This document shows, in pieces, positions 30,556-40,458 of a stretch of DNA of 45,545 nucleotides. A program made the position numbers and the translations under genes. The notes under the pieces were generated by a model. The model made no database searches, was not told the DNA's origin, and worked only from the letters and a program-made list of their open reading frames with translations. The stretch spans positions 1-45,545 of the forward strand of contig JBCDEZ010000004.1 of the NCBI GenBank assembly GCA_039179045.1, written 5' to 3'. This DNA is from Chlamydiota bacterium. GTDB taxonomy: Bacteria > Chlamydiota > Chlamydiia > Chlamydiales > SM23-39. Every line of letters starts with the position of its first letter. Position 1 is the first letter of the stretch.

Positions 30556-32061
30556 ATGAACCGATCACCACGTGTCCGCATTGCTCCCTCTCCTTCGGGA
30601 GATCCCCATGTGGGAACGGCTTTTATCGCTCTTTTCAATATGATTTTTGCTCGCCATTACGACGGGCAGTTTGTTCTACGTATCGAAGATACCGATCAGA
30701 GCCGCTCAACAAAAGAATATGAAAAACATATCTACGAGGCTCTTTCTTGGTGTGGTATCTCTTGGGATGAGGGTCCCGATGTAGGAGGGAACTACGGCCC
30801 TTATCGGCAATCTGAGCGCTTAGAGATCTACCAGAAATATGCCCAAATCCTACTCGATAAAGGGCACGCGTACAAGTGCTTTGCAACGGCAGAAGAGCTT
30901 GCAGAGATGCGGGAGATTGCTCGGAAAAGAGGGGTAAGAGTGGGCTACGACCGGCGCTACCGCAATCTGGAGGCGCAGGAAATCTCGCGCCTAGAAAAAG
31001 AGGGCATGCACTACGTTATCCGCCTGAGAGTTCCTCTAACTGGAGAGTGCGTGTTTGAAGATGCCATCAAAGGAAAAATCACAACCCCTTGGGCAGATAT
31101 CGACGACCAGATCCTGATCAAATCAGATGGATTTCCCACGTACCACCTAGCCAATGTGGTCGATGACCACCTGATGCAAATCACGCATGTGATTCGAGGA
31201 GATGAATGGATCTCTTCCACAGCAAAGCACCTGCTCTTGTACGACTATTTTGGATTTTCCCCTCCTACTTTTTTGCATATGCCCCTGCTTTTGGGCGCTG
31301 ACGGCAAAAAGCTCTCTAAACGGAAGAATCCCACCTCCATTTTCTATTTCAAAGAAAGTGGCTACCTCCCCGAGGCTCTACTCAATTTTTTGAGCCATAT
31401 GGGCTACAGCATGCAAGATGGCGAAGAGATCTACTCGCTCGAAAAAATCGTGCGCGAGTTTGATCCAAAGAGAATCGGCGCGTCAGGAGCTTTCTTTGAC
31501 CAGAAAAAACTCGACTGGATCAACCAAAAATACCTGATCGAGACCATTGAAGAAGAAGACCTTTGGGATAGGATTGAAGATTGGTCGTTCCAAAAACCTT
31601 TCCTTAGAAAGCTGATGCATCTGGTACACACAAGAATGAAGACCTTCAGCGATTTCATTCCGCTCTGCGATTTCTTCTTTATGGACCAGCTCCCTTGGAG
31701 CTCGGAGCTATTTGCGCTGAAAGGCTGCAATGAGCAGACAGCGGCAGAGGCACTGCAGTACATGCAGTATGCTTTGCAAGACGAGTACACCCAAGAGCGA
31801 GTCGAAAAAGCCTCCCATGAAGTAGCAACCAGAATGGGTTTGCACCATAAAAAGGTGATCATGCCTCTCCTTTTTGCGACAATTATGGGAAAAAAAAGAG
31901 GACCTCCCCTGTTTGCCTCTGTCGAAATTCTAGGCAAAGAAAGAGCGCGAGCGCGCTTTTTACGAGCGATCGAATTTCTCGGGGGAATTGGAAAAAAAAG
32001 ACTCGTATCTATGGAAAAAGCTTGGCAAGAAGGCGGCTCTCTTGCAAAAAATGAGAAGTAA
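30556..32061 (+). CDS. gltX: Glutamate--tRNA ligase
   Basis: RIAPSPSGDPHVGT (HIGH), LRIEDTD, PTYH.ANVVDDH, KLSKR (KMSKS). Confidence 0.97.
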   Translation: MNRSPRVRIAPSPSGDPHVGTAFIALFNMIFARHYDGQFVLRIEDTDQSRSTKEYEKHIYEALSWCGISWDEGPDVGGNYGPYRQSERLEIYQKYAQILLDKGHAYKCFATAEELAEMREIARKRGVRVGYDRRYRNLEAQEISRLEKEGMHYVIRLRVPLTGECVFEDAIKGKITTPWADIDDQILIKSDGFPTYHLANVVDDHLMQITHVIRGDEWISSTAKHLLLYDYFGFSPPTFLHMPLLLGADGKKLSKRKNPTSIFYFKESGYLPEALLNFLSHMGYSMQDGEEIYSLEKIVREFDPKRIGASGAFFDQKKLDWINQKYLIETIEEEDLWDRIEDWSFQKPFLRKLMHLVHTRMKTFSDFIPLCDFFFMDQLPWSSELFALKGCNEQTAAEALQYMQYALQDEYTQERVEKASHEVATRMGLHHKKVIMPLLFATIMGKKRGPPLFASVEILGKERARARFLRAIEFLGGIGKKRLVSMEKAWQEGGSLAKNEK

Positions 32062-32070
32062 AGTGAAGGA

Positions 32071-32226
32071 TTATCCCTCAATTTCTAGCGCTTCTTGGGG
32101 AGCTTCGAGCACCTCTTCCCACTGCTCTTCCGTTCTCTCCTCTGTAGGAGACTGAGAGATGATGTACCCCCTTTGGTGCTGTACACCAGAGCATCCAACA
32201 AGAAGAAGAAAAAAGAAAAACCGCAT
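32071..32226 (-). CDS. Small putative lipoprotein (51 aa, below the ORF-track cutoff)
   Basis: MRFFFFLLLVGC-SGVQHQRGYIISQSPTEERTEEQWEEVLEAPQEALEIEG*. Basic residue, hydrophobic core and LVGC lipobox; TTGCTA-17-TATTTT lies upstream. Confidence 0.65.
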   Translation of the reverse strand: MRFFFFLLLVGCSGVQHQRGYIISQSPTEERTEEQWEEVLEAPQEALEIEG

Positions 32227-32269
32227 AAACTCAACATAAAATATTTGATTTGAGATTGTCTAGCAATTT

Positions 32270-33343
32270 ATGACAGCGCTCCTGCAAGGAAAATCATGGG
32301 CCCAGGCTCGTCTTCTTTCCCGCTCTTTACTCACGAAAGAAGGCTCTACGAAACAGACCTTTCATATTGTCTTAGAAGTGCCTGGCGAACATGCTTTTTA
32401 CCTGCCTGGCGATAGCATCGGTCTCGTTCCTCGAAACAGTCCAGAACTGGTAGAACAGATCTGCGCACACCTTCCCTTCTCTCCCAATGAGGAAGTCCTC
32501 TTGCAAAAGACGCAAGAGAGGCTCTGCTTCCGCAGATTTTTGCGAGAAAAGGCAAACCTACAGAAGATCACACGCTCGCTTTTCCGCGCCTTTTCCCAAG
32601 AAGAGGGCTGTTTTGCAGGAGATCTACTTGCTCTTGTGCGCAGGTGGCCCCCTCCCCTGTCTACCCAGGAGCTTGCAAACCTTTTGCTTCCGATAGCGCC
32701 CCGCTTTTATTCCATCGCTTCTTCCCCCTCTTTGCATCCACAAGAGGTTCACCTCACTGTAAGCCTAGTTCACCAGATGATCGAGGGAGAAAAGCGGTAT
32801 GGCACAGCGAGCTCGTTTCTTTGTAAAGAGATGCAAATAGGAGATACATTCCCTTTTTTCGTGCACAGCTCTCCCCACTTTCGACTCCCTTCAACCGATC
32901 ACTCGCCTCTTCTGATGATTGGTCCCGGCACAGGAATTGCCCCTTTTCGTGCTTTTTTGCAAGAGCGCATTGCTCGAGGCGCAAAGGGGAAAAACTGGCT
33001 TTTTTTCGGAGAGAGAAACCGCGCTTGCGACTTCTATTACGAAGAAGAGTGGCTCTCTTGTCTCTACCAGGGACGCTTACGTCTCGACGCCGCTTTTTCC
33101 AGAGATCAAGATCCCAAGGTGTATGTCCAAGATTTGCTCCAAACCCATGCAAAAGAGGTATACGCCTGGATTGACGAAGGAGCGCACCTCTACATCTGTG
33201 GAGATGCCAAAAAAATGGCCAAAGATGTGACTGCTATTTTGAAAAAGATCCTACAAGAGGGCTCGAGGTGCACAAAACAAGAGGGAGAACAGCGTTGGCG
33301 CACCTTACGAAAAGAGGGACGAGTCCAGCTTGATATCTACTGA
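32270..33343 (+). CDS. CysJ-like FAD/NADPH oxidoreductase lacking the flavodoxin domain
   Basis: RFYSIASS, GTASSFL, MIGPGTGIAPFRAF, AFSRDQ..KVYVQ, YICGDAK.MAKDV, terminal DIY. Truncated architecture as recalled for C. trachomatis CT435. Confidence 0.88.
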   Translation: MTALLQGKSWAQARLLSRSLLTKEGSTKQTFHIVLEVPGEHAFYLPGDSIGLVPRNSPELVEQICAHLPFSPNEEVLLQKTQERLCFRRFLREKANLQKITRSLFRAFSQEEGCFAGDLLALVRRWPPPLSTQELANLLLPIAPRFYSIASSPSLHPQEVHLTVSLVHQMIEGEKRYGTASSFLCKEMQIGDTFPFFVHSSPHFRLPSTDHSPLLMIGPGTGIAPFRAFLQERIARGAKGKNWLFFGERNRACDFYYEEEWLSCLYQGRLRLDAAFSRDQDPKVYVQDLLQTHAKEVYAWIDEGAHLYICGDAKKMAKDVTAILKKILQEGSRCTKQEGEQRWRTLRKEGRVQLDIY

Positions 33344-33344
33344 G

Positions 33345-33854
33345 CTACTTTAGTGAGTCTCTTGCCCTTTCCCGCACTGTCATGGAACAAAAGCACTGGA
33401 TCCCCTCACCCCGACCAAACGCACTGAGTCCGTCCCCTGAAGTGATGGTCAAGCCCACATATTCGATCGGTACTGCAAGAAGATATGCAACATTTTGGCG
33501 AATTTTCCCAGCAGAGGACTGCATCCGAGGGCGCTTCCCCTCGAGGCAAAGAGCGACGTGCAAGATTTCCCGGGGAGAAAGATGAGAAAGAGCTACCTCG
33601 AGATAAGCGCTCGAGTCGGTGATTTGCTCTTCGAGACACATAGCCTGCGCGCATCCTCCCAAAATCGGAATGTGGGTGATCGACGAGATCGCATTGCAAA
33701 TAGCATGCAAAACAGGATCTCCATCTGAGTCGGCAGCAAGACCTGGCACGTCGGGAAAAACGATTCCTCCAATCCGGCAGAGCTTATCGACAGAAGGAGG
33801 TAAAAAGGCGTGGCTGTCTTGTCCAAGCCCTGTACGGTAATGATCTTGCAGCAT
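33345..33854 (-). CDS. ispF: 2-C-methyl-D-erythritol 2,4-cyclodiphosphate synthase
   Basis: RTGLGQDSHAF, SDGDPVLHAICNA, GLSAFGRGEGI. Confidence 0.88.
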   Translation of the reverse strand: MLQDHYRTGLGQDSHAFLPPSVDKLCRIGGIVFPDVPGLAADSDGDPVLHAICNAISSITHIPILGGCAQAMCLEEQITDSSAYLEVALSHLSPREILHVALCLEGKRPRMQSSAGKIRQNVAYLLAVPIEYVGLTITSGDGLSAFGRGEGIQCFCSMTVRERARDSLK

Positions 33855-33954
33855 ACAGGTAGCATGCCAGTTTTTTGCTATTTAACGGAAGGAGCACAGC
33901 AAATTCTCTTTTTCACTTGGAGACACTAGTTGCGTGAAAAGGTAGGAAAGACGT

Positions 33955-34431
33955 TCATTTCCCTGGCTTTTTTGCCTCGTCGAGCAGTTCGAGTACCCAA
34001 CTAATCTGGGAAAATTCTTTCCTAAGCGCTTTGAGTAAGCTCTTTTTCGCCAGCGCAAAAGAACACTCCTCTTCTTTTTGCCTCCTCTCGATAGCTCGAG
34101 GAAGAGCTTCTTTCAAGGTAGCTCTGCACACATGAAGCATCTCCCGCTTGAACTGTTCGAAATCGTCACGCACACTCCCAAGATCGGCCAGTGACTCTTT
34201 TTGCGCTTTTGTTTGCTCTTCTAAGCGCTCTTTGCACTGCAGATTGCACCACCTCCGCATGTAGAGTTGGAGAAAGGACCAAACGATCATAAAGAGTATA
34301 GCAATCATCGCCCAGTAGTGCACTGCAAGGGAAAAAACAGAGATCGGATAGAGCGAACCTACTAAGAAGCAGGCCAAACTGCCTCCCAAGGATAGGAGCG
34401 CGATGGTAGAAAAAGAGTGCCAATATCTCAT
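33955..34431 (-). CDS. Hypothetical membrane protein with a long hydrophobic hairpin plus coiled coil (Inc-like); start uncertain (34431 or 34536)
   Basis: About 50-residue bilobed hydrophobic stretch followed by a charged helical tail. Confidence 0.65.
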   Translation of the reverse strand: MRYWHSFSTIALLSLGGSLACFLVGSLYPISVFSLAVHYWAMIAILFMIVWSFLQLYMRRWCNLQCKERLEEQTKAQKESLADLGSVRDDFEQFKREMLHVCRATLKEALPRAIERRQKEEECSFALAKKSLLKALRKEFSQISWVLELLDEAKKPGK

Positions 34432-34544
34432 CTTATTCACAAGCGCACCCTCTTCTTGCAAGCTCGAAAAGCCATAGCAGATCCCCAGCCCCGAAATGGG
34501 CGCTTTACAAGAAAATTCGATGCACAGGTGATGCACATTTCCAT

Positions 34545-35945
<1,401 letters not shown>

Positions 35946-35997
35946 TCATCTACTCTCTTTGTTCATTATTTGTAAAGGATGAGGAATCTCAATAACT

Positions 35998-36056
35998 GAG
36001 AATTTTCCCTGGAGAATTTTCCCCCAACTCTTCTAAAATACCGGGGAATTTTCCCC
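35998..36056. repeat. Three copies of GAATTTTCCC upstream of the GT2 gene
   Basis: GAGAATTTTCCC at 35998-36009 and 36012-36023; near-palindromic GGGGAATTTTCCCC at 36043-36056. Confidence 0.7.
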
Positions 36057-36069
36057 TAAGAATGCTCCT

Positions 36070-37089
36070 ATGCTACGCCCTCACCTTTCTCTTTTTTTTC
36101 TGGTGGTTGTCCTTTGCGCTCCACGCACACGACTCTTTCCCGAAGCAGTGCACGTTATGATGGCAGTCTACAATACCGAAGAATACCTGCCCCACGCTCT
36201 TGATTCGATCTTCGCACAAACGCATCCCGACTTTCACCTGATCGTTTACAACGATGGCTCGAAGGACCGCTGTGCAAAGATTTTGGAAAGATACCAGAGG
36301 CAGTATCCAGAAAAAATGTCTCTCTATGGCTCTCGTACCAATCGAGGAACTGCCTTTGCAAGGCAAGTGCTCATGGACCGCTCGCTCGAAAGGAGTCAAG
36401 AGGCTTTGAGCGTCTGGCTCGATTCGGATGATGCATTCAAAGATCGTGACTTTTTGCGAGCATTCGAAGAGCAAATGGAGCGTTCCCAAGCAGATGTCTG
36501 CCTGTTCAGCTTTTCCCTCCGCCTCGAAGATCCCGAGCAAAAGGCGAATCTCAATGGACTACTCGAAGAGCGCGCCGCGAATGAAGCCCTCTTCGCATCA
36601 ATCCGAAAAGGCCCAAATGAGGCACTTGCCCCCTACAAAATCCCAGGGTTGGCACAAATCTTCAGCATGGGCGGCTTCAAGGGGTACCGGAACACGGTGA
36701 AATGGCCTAAGCCTTTACCCTGCCTATTCGAAGACTTCGTCTACATGTCGGTTCTTTGGAACGCGGAGAAGATCACTGCTCTGCCTCCTTCCTACAGACC
36801 TGTTGAATACCTGCGGCGCGCCAGCTCTTCTACCGGACAGCGGACGGCGCAATCTTTCCTGGATGTTCTAGCGCAACTGCGCCGCTTTATCGAGTGCATC
36901 GATCCCGAGCGGCGGATTCTGCAAAAGCACGCAACCTACGCCTTTGTAGAGAGAAAAGCTACGCAGTATGCGGATCTTTTAGAAATGCTTGTCTCGTCAG
37001 CCGAACATCCCAACATTACAGAAAAAACCCTAACCCGATACAGAGAAGAGAGGGAAAACCTTTTGAAATTTGCGCGCTTTCCCGAATAG
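36070..37089 (+). CDS. Family 2 glycosyltransferase with a hydrophobic N-terminal leader
   Basis: VMMAVYNTEEYL..ALDSIFAQT, NDGSKD, NRG.AFAR, LDSDD (DxD), FED. Confidence 0.88.
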   Translation: MLRPHLSLFFLVVVLCAPRTRLFPEAVHVMMAVYNTEEYLPHALDSIFAQTHPDFHLIVYNDGSKDRCAKILERYQRQYPEKMSLYGSRTNRGTAFARQVLMDRSLERSQEALSVWLDSDDAFKDRDFLRAFEEQMERSQADVCLFSFSLRLEDPEQKANLNGLLEERAANEALFASIRKGPNEALAPYKIPGLAQIFSMGGFKGYRNTVKWPKPLPCLFEDFVYMSVLWNAEKITALPPSYRPVEYLRRASSSTGQRTAQSFLDVLAQLRRFIECIDPERRILQKHATYAFVERKATQYADLLEMLVSSAEHPNITEKTLTRYREERENLLKFARFPE

Positions 37090-37433
37090 GTACTCAGCGA
37101 AAAGGTCAATGAAAAAACCGGAGCTTTTGCGTTTGAGGAGATCTTCGAAAATCGAGAGGTGCGCCTGGAATGCGCCTTAGCTCCTTTGTTTCGTTAGCCT
37201 TAAAAAAGCTTCGTAAGTTTCCTAAAGAGAAAAGAACGATAGAGCGTACAATCTGCAAGAAATAGAAGAGCCTAAACTAGCGTCTTTTAGCCGCGCCTTT
37301 GAAGGCCGGCTAGGTAGTTCGATCCGCCCTGTAGAGTGCTTTTCCATCAGACTCTACATGGCGCTATCAGACTCACCGATGCTGATCTCGAGTGTTTTTG
37401 GAAGTGCACACACCTCTGTTTTCAACTCGACTA

Positions 37434-37462
37434 TTGCAATAAACCTGAAAGGAATACATAAT
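37434..37462 (+). promoter_or_regulatory. Putative sigma66 promoter for the GH1 gene
   Basis: TTGCAA-17 nt-CATAAT, then an AAGGT RBS before the ATG at 37497. Confidence 0.5.
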
Positions 37463-37496
37463 AAGTCCCAAATTTCTTTAATTAAGGTAATTGTTT

Positions 37497-39281
37497 ATGG
37501 GTATAGATGGAATCGGCAGCTGTATAGATGACACGCAAGACGTCTTGACAGACTGGCTTGCAGAGTCCTTATCTCCGTCCTCTAAGGACTCGTGGATGGG
37601 TTGGGCAGTACGCCCCCTCTTCGCTCCTGTCTATATGATAGGCTCATTTTATTTGGGCTTGGGGCAGCTTTGTGTTGCTCTTTTTCGCCTCATCGGGTCT
37701 GTTTTCGAAGAGACTGCTTCAGCGAAAGAAGACTTCTCAGTCGTAGGAAAAGATGCGAGTCAATGGGAAAAAATCGATGTAGACAATCAGCTGTACGACA
37801 ATAGCCCCCTAAAAGACCTCCCAAGCTTTGGGTTTGGCGTAGCAGGCGCCGCCTACCAGCGAGACCCCGAATACTTCAAAGATCATGCGCAATGGTACAC
37901 GCATGCTCCCCCAAGTAAGGATCCAGCCAAGCCTCTGCCCGAATGGCACCGTGAGATCGAAACTCATGAGGGCAGACAAGCTCTTCTCGCTAGGCTACAG
38001 AAGCTGAAGGTCAACACGTATCGGATGTCAGTTGCTCTTCCCGTCTCAATGAAACAAGGGGGGGACTACGATGAGAAAAAAATCTCGCAGATTGTAGCTA
38101 CCTGTAAGCTGCTCCGCGATAACGAAATACGCATTGAGGTCACCCTACACCACTTTGCTGAGCCTAATTATTTTTTTGATGCGGGTAGCTTTCATAACCA
38201 ACAAAACGTACACGAGTTCGTCCTATTCGCTAAAAAAGTCATTCCGATTTTGACCCAAGACCACAAAGGGGAGCCGCTTGTTCAGTGTATCTACACCTTC
38301 AACGAAATTGGTGTAGACGGAGATTTTTCGCGTAAAGTGCGCGGAGCCTTCCCCCCATTTCATTTGCTGCGTTTCCGAGAGGCATTCGAGGCTGCAGGCA
38401 ACATGCTTGCTGCTCACAATAAAATTTACACTAGCTTGAAAGGCAAGATAAGTGAGAAGGTCAAGATCGGCATGACGCACCAGGTTCTCCGACTGGTACC
38501 AGTTCATCCCCTCCTCTACCCTATTACTTATGTCTTGGAGAAAATTGCAAACGGAATATTCATCGACTACTTCCGCACAGGAGTCTTTGCCTGCAGGATC
38601 CCTTTCATCATGAACGAAAAACACACCGTAGGCCCTTATAAAGGAGATGTGCTCGGTATACAAGTCTACACACGCGCGCAGATCGGCATCACGGGCAGCG
38701 TCCCCCAGCAGGGTTTTCTCGATTGGATCGTCGATCTTGGACGTAGAATTTTTGGTCTTCCCCGCCCGAATATGACGAAAATGCCCTTTTGGGAGGACCC
38801 TTACGCGATCTACGATGCTATCTTGGATGTACGTCAAGCCTTTCATGATGCGCAAAGGAAAATGGAATGCAAAGTAACCGAATTCGGCATCTCCACAGAC
38901 GATTCTGAGCAGCGTGCAAGGTACATGAGACGCTCGGTCCACTCGGTAGGAAAGGCTATCTGTGAAGCAGTAAGGCGGATCGTAAGGGATCCTCGCGCCC
39001 TCGAGATGTATATGTCCTCTGAAAAATACACGAAGGAAAACTACACATTCAAAGAGCGATTGGAGATCATCGGCCCGCAGATCCTCAGCGGAATATTAGT
39101 CTGGACTCTTGACACATCCTGGGAATGGGACGACCCAAAAAACGTGCAAAGTTTTGGAATTGGAACGCCTGAAGGCAACCCCAAAGAGGGGATCGTAGAC
39201 TACATTGCCTTCACAGGAAAGTGCATCGATCATGCAAAGAGATTGGAATCCAAAGAACAAAAAGATAGCAAAGAGAAGTGA
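37497..39281 (+). CDS. Divergent glycoside hydrolase family 1 (beta-glycosidase) with an N-terminal extension
   Basis: FGVAGAAYQ, NTYRMS, VTLHHF, TFNE (acid/base), VTEFG (nucleophile), WTLDTSWEW..FG. Confidence 0.85.
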   Translation: MGIDGIGSCIDDTQDVLTDWLAESLSPSSKDSWMGWAVRPLFAPVYMIGSFYLGLGQLCVALFRLIGSVFEETASAKEDFSVVGKDASQWEKIDVDNQLYDNSPLKDLPSFGFGVAGAAYQRDPEYFKDHAQWYTHAPPSKDPAKPLPEWHREIETHEGRQALLARLQKLKVNTYRMSVALPVSMKQGGDYDEKKISQIVATCKLLRDNEIRIEVTLHHFAEPNYFFDAGSFHNQQNVHEFVLFAKKVIPILTQDHKGEPLVQCIYTFNEIGVDGDFSRKVRGAFPPFHLLRFREAFEAAGNMLAAHNKIYTSLKGKISEKVKIGMTHQVLRLVPVHPLLYPITYVLEKIANGIFIDYFRTGVFACRIPFIMNEKHTVGPYKGDVLGIQVYTRAQIGITGSVPQQGFLDWIVDLGRRIFGLPRPNMTKMPFWEDPYAIYDAILDVRQAFHDAQRKMECKVTEFGISTDDSEQRARYMRRSVHSVGKAICEAVRRIVRDPRALEMYMSSEKYTKENYTFKERLEIIGPQILSGILVWTLDTSWEWDDPKNVQSFGIGTPEGNPKEGIVDYIAFTGKCIDHAKRLESKEQKDSKEK

Positions 39282-39372
39282 GTTTCCTCGCTTCGTGCTT
39301 TTTGCCTGAATAGTCTCTGGAAAAGCCGATGAGGCGCAAAGAAGAGCGCTCTTTACAAGGCTCGTCGCTTCT

Positions 39373-40458
39373 CTAAGGAGCTCCCCTCTTTTTTCTTTCC
39401 ACCTCTTCGATCAGTTTTGCATATGATTCGTAAAGCAAGAGAGGTAGATCCCCCTTTTCCACAGCCTCCAAGACGGCACATCCAGGCTCTTGAAGGTGCA
39501 AACAGTTGGGGAACTTGCATAGAGCGCTCAGCTCTTGTATTTTGGTAAACCTCGTGCACACATCTTCCCGTGTCAGATCCCAGATCCCGAACTGGCGGAT
39601 TCCAGGAGTGTCGATGCAAAACCCCCCTCCCTCTAAAGGAATCAGCTCTGCTTTCGTCGTTGTATGCCTTCCCTTGTAGAAGATCTCGCCTACGGGGAGA
39701 TGCAAGTGCAAAAGCTCGTTGATCAGGCTCGATTTCCCCACTCCAGACTGGCCCGAAAATAGGGAAGCTTTGCCTCGCATGGCTCGCTTCACCTCTTCAA
39801 CCCCTTCACCTGTTTTGCAGCTAATGGGGAAAATTGTGAGGTCTTGGTAGGCCTGCATGAAGGCAGAAAAGCGCTCTTTTTCTTCTTCTGATGTGGAAAG
39901 AAGGTCCATTTTATTGATCAAGATGATCGGTTCCATGTTCCCCTTGGCTGCTGCGATCACGTAGCGGTCGATCAAAAAGGGCTTGAGGGGAGGCAAAACA
40001 ACCGAACTAGTTACAAAGACCGTATCGATATTGGCAGCGAGTAGTTGACGGCGTCTTTTTGCAGGATCGGAACGCTCGATGAGAGACGTCCTTTTTTGGA
40101 TGGCAACAATTTGCCCTTGGAGATTGCCTAAAGGAAGAAAATCGACAAGATCTCCTACGACTACGAGGTTTTTCTGGCGTAGGCGATCCTTTTTCAAGGA
40201 GCCTTTGAGAGAGCAGCAATAGCTTGTCTCATGGGAGCGGACAACAATGCCTTCCCCCCGGATCGAGACAACGCGCCCCTGCAGTTGCGAAGTGTCCGAA
40301 GAAACAGTTTGTCGAGAAGGGGACAGCTTTTCCCGATTGCTTTTCTTGTATTTCGAGCGATCGGTTCTCTGCGCGATCCGCCGCTCCTTACGGATTTCTT
40401 TTTTCTCACCCTTCCAAAAATCTTCTTCGTGATCATATTCGCGCTCCATACCCATCAC
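39373..40458 (-). CDS. rsgA: Ribosome small subunit-dependent GTPase
   Basis: AANID, NKMDL, GQSGVGKSSLIN, GRHTTT, DTPGIR, CKFPNCLHLQEPGC zinc finger. Confidence 0.95.
   Translation of the reverse strand: MMGMEREYDHEEDFWKGEKKEIRKERRIAQRTDRSKYKKSNREKLSPSRQTVSSDTSQLQGRVVSIRGEGIVVRSHETSYCCSLKGSLKKDRLRQKNLVVVGDLVDFLPLGNLQGQIVAIQKRTSLIERSDPAKRRRQLLAANIDTVFVTSSVVLPPLKPFLIDRYVIAAAKGNMEPIILINKMDLLSTSEEEKERFSAFMQAYQDLTIFPISCKTGEGVEEVKRAMRGKASLFSGQSGVGKSSLINELLHLHLPVGEIFYKGRHTTTKAELIPLEGGGFCIDTPGIRQFGIWDLTREDVCTRFTKIQELSALCKFPNCLHLQEPGCAVLEAVEKGDLPLLLYESYAKLIEEVERKKRGAP

Noticed and set aside
32270..33343. CysJ lacking flavodoxin as a pseudogene
   Set aside because: The same truncated architecture is standard in Chlamydia, and the frame and motifs are intact.
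36043..36056. Resemblance of GGGGAATTTTCCCC to a eukaryotic NF-kB site
   Set aside because: There is no plausible access of host factors to the bacterial chromosome; kept only as a bacterial operator candidate.
37285..37330. tRNA-like motifs (CTTTGAA loop, GTTCGATCC)
   Set aside because: The T-stem and acceptor stem do not pair, so no cloverleaf could be built.
38223..38942. Long antisense ORFs (239 aa here; also 31431-32081, 40738-41313, 17637-18161)
   Set aside because: They are shadows of well-supported genes on the opposite strand, with no recognisable motifs.
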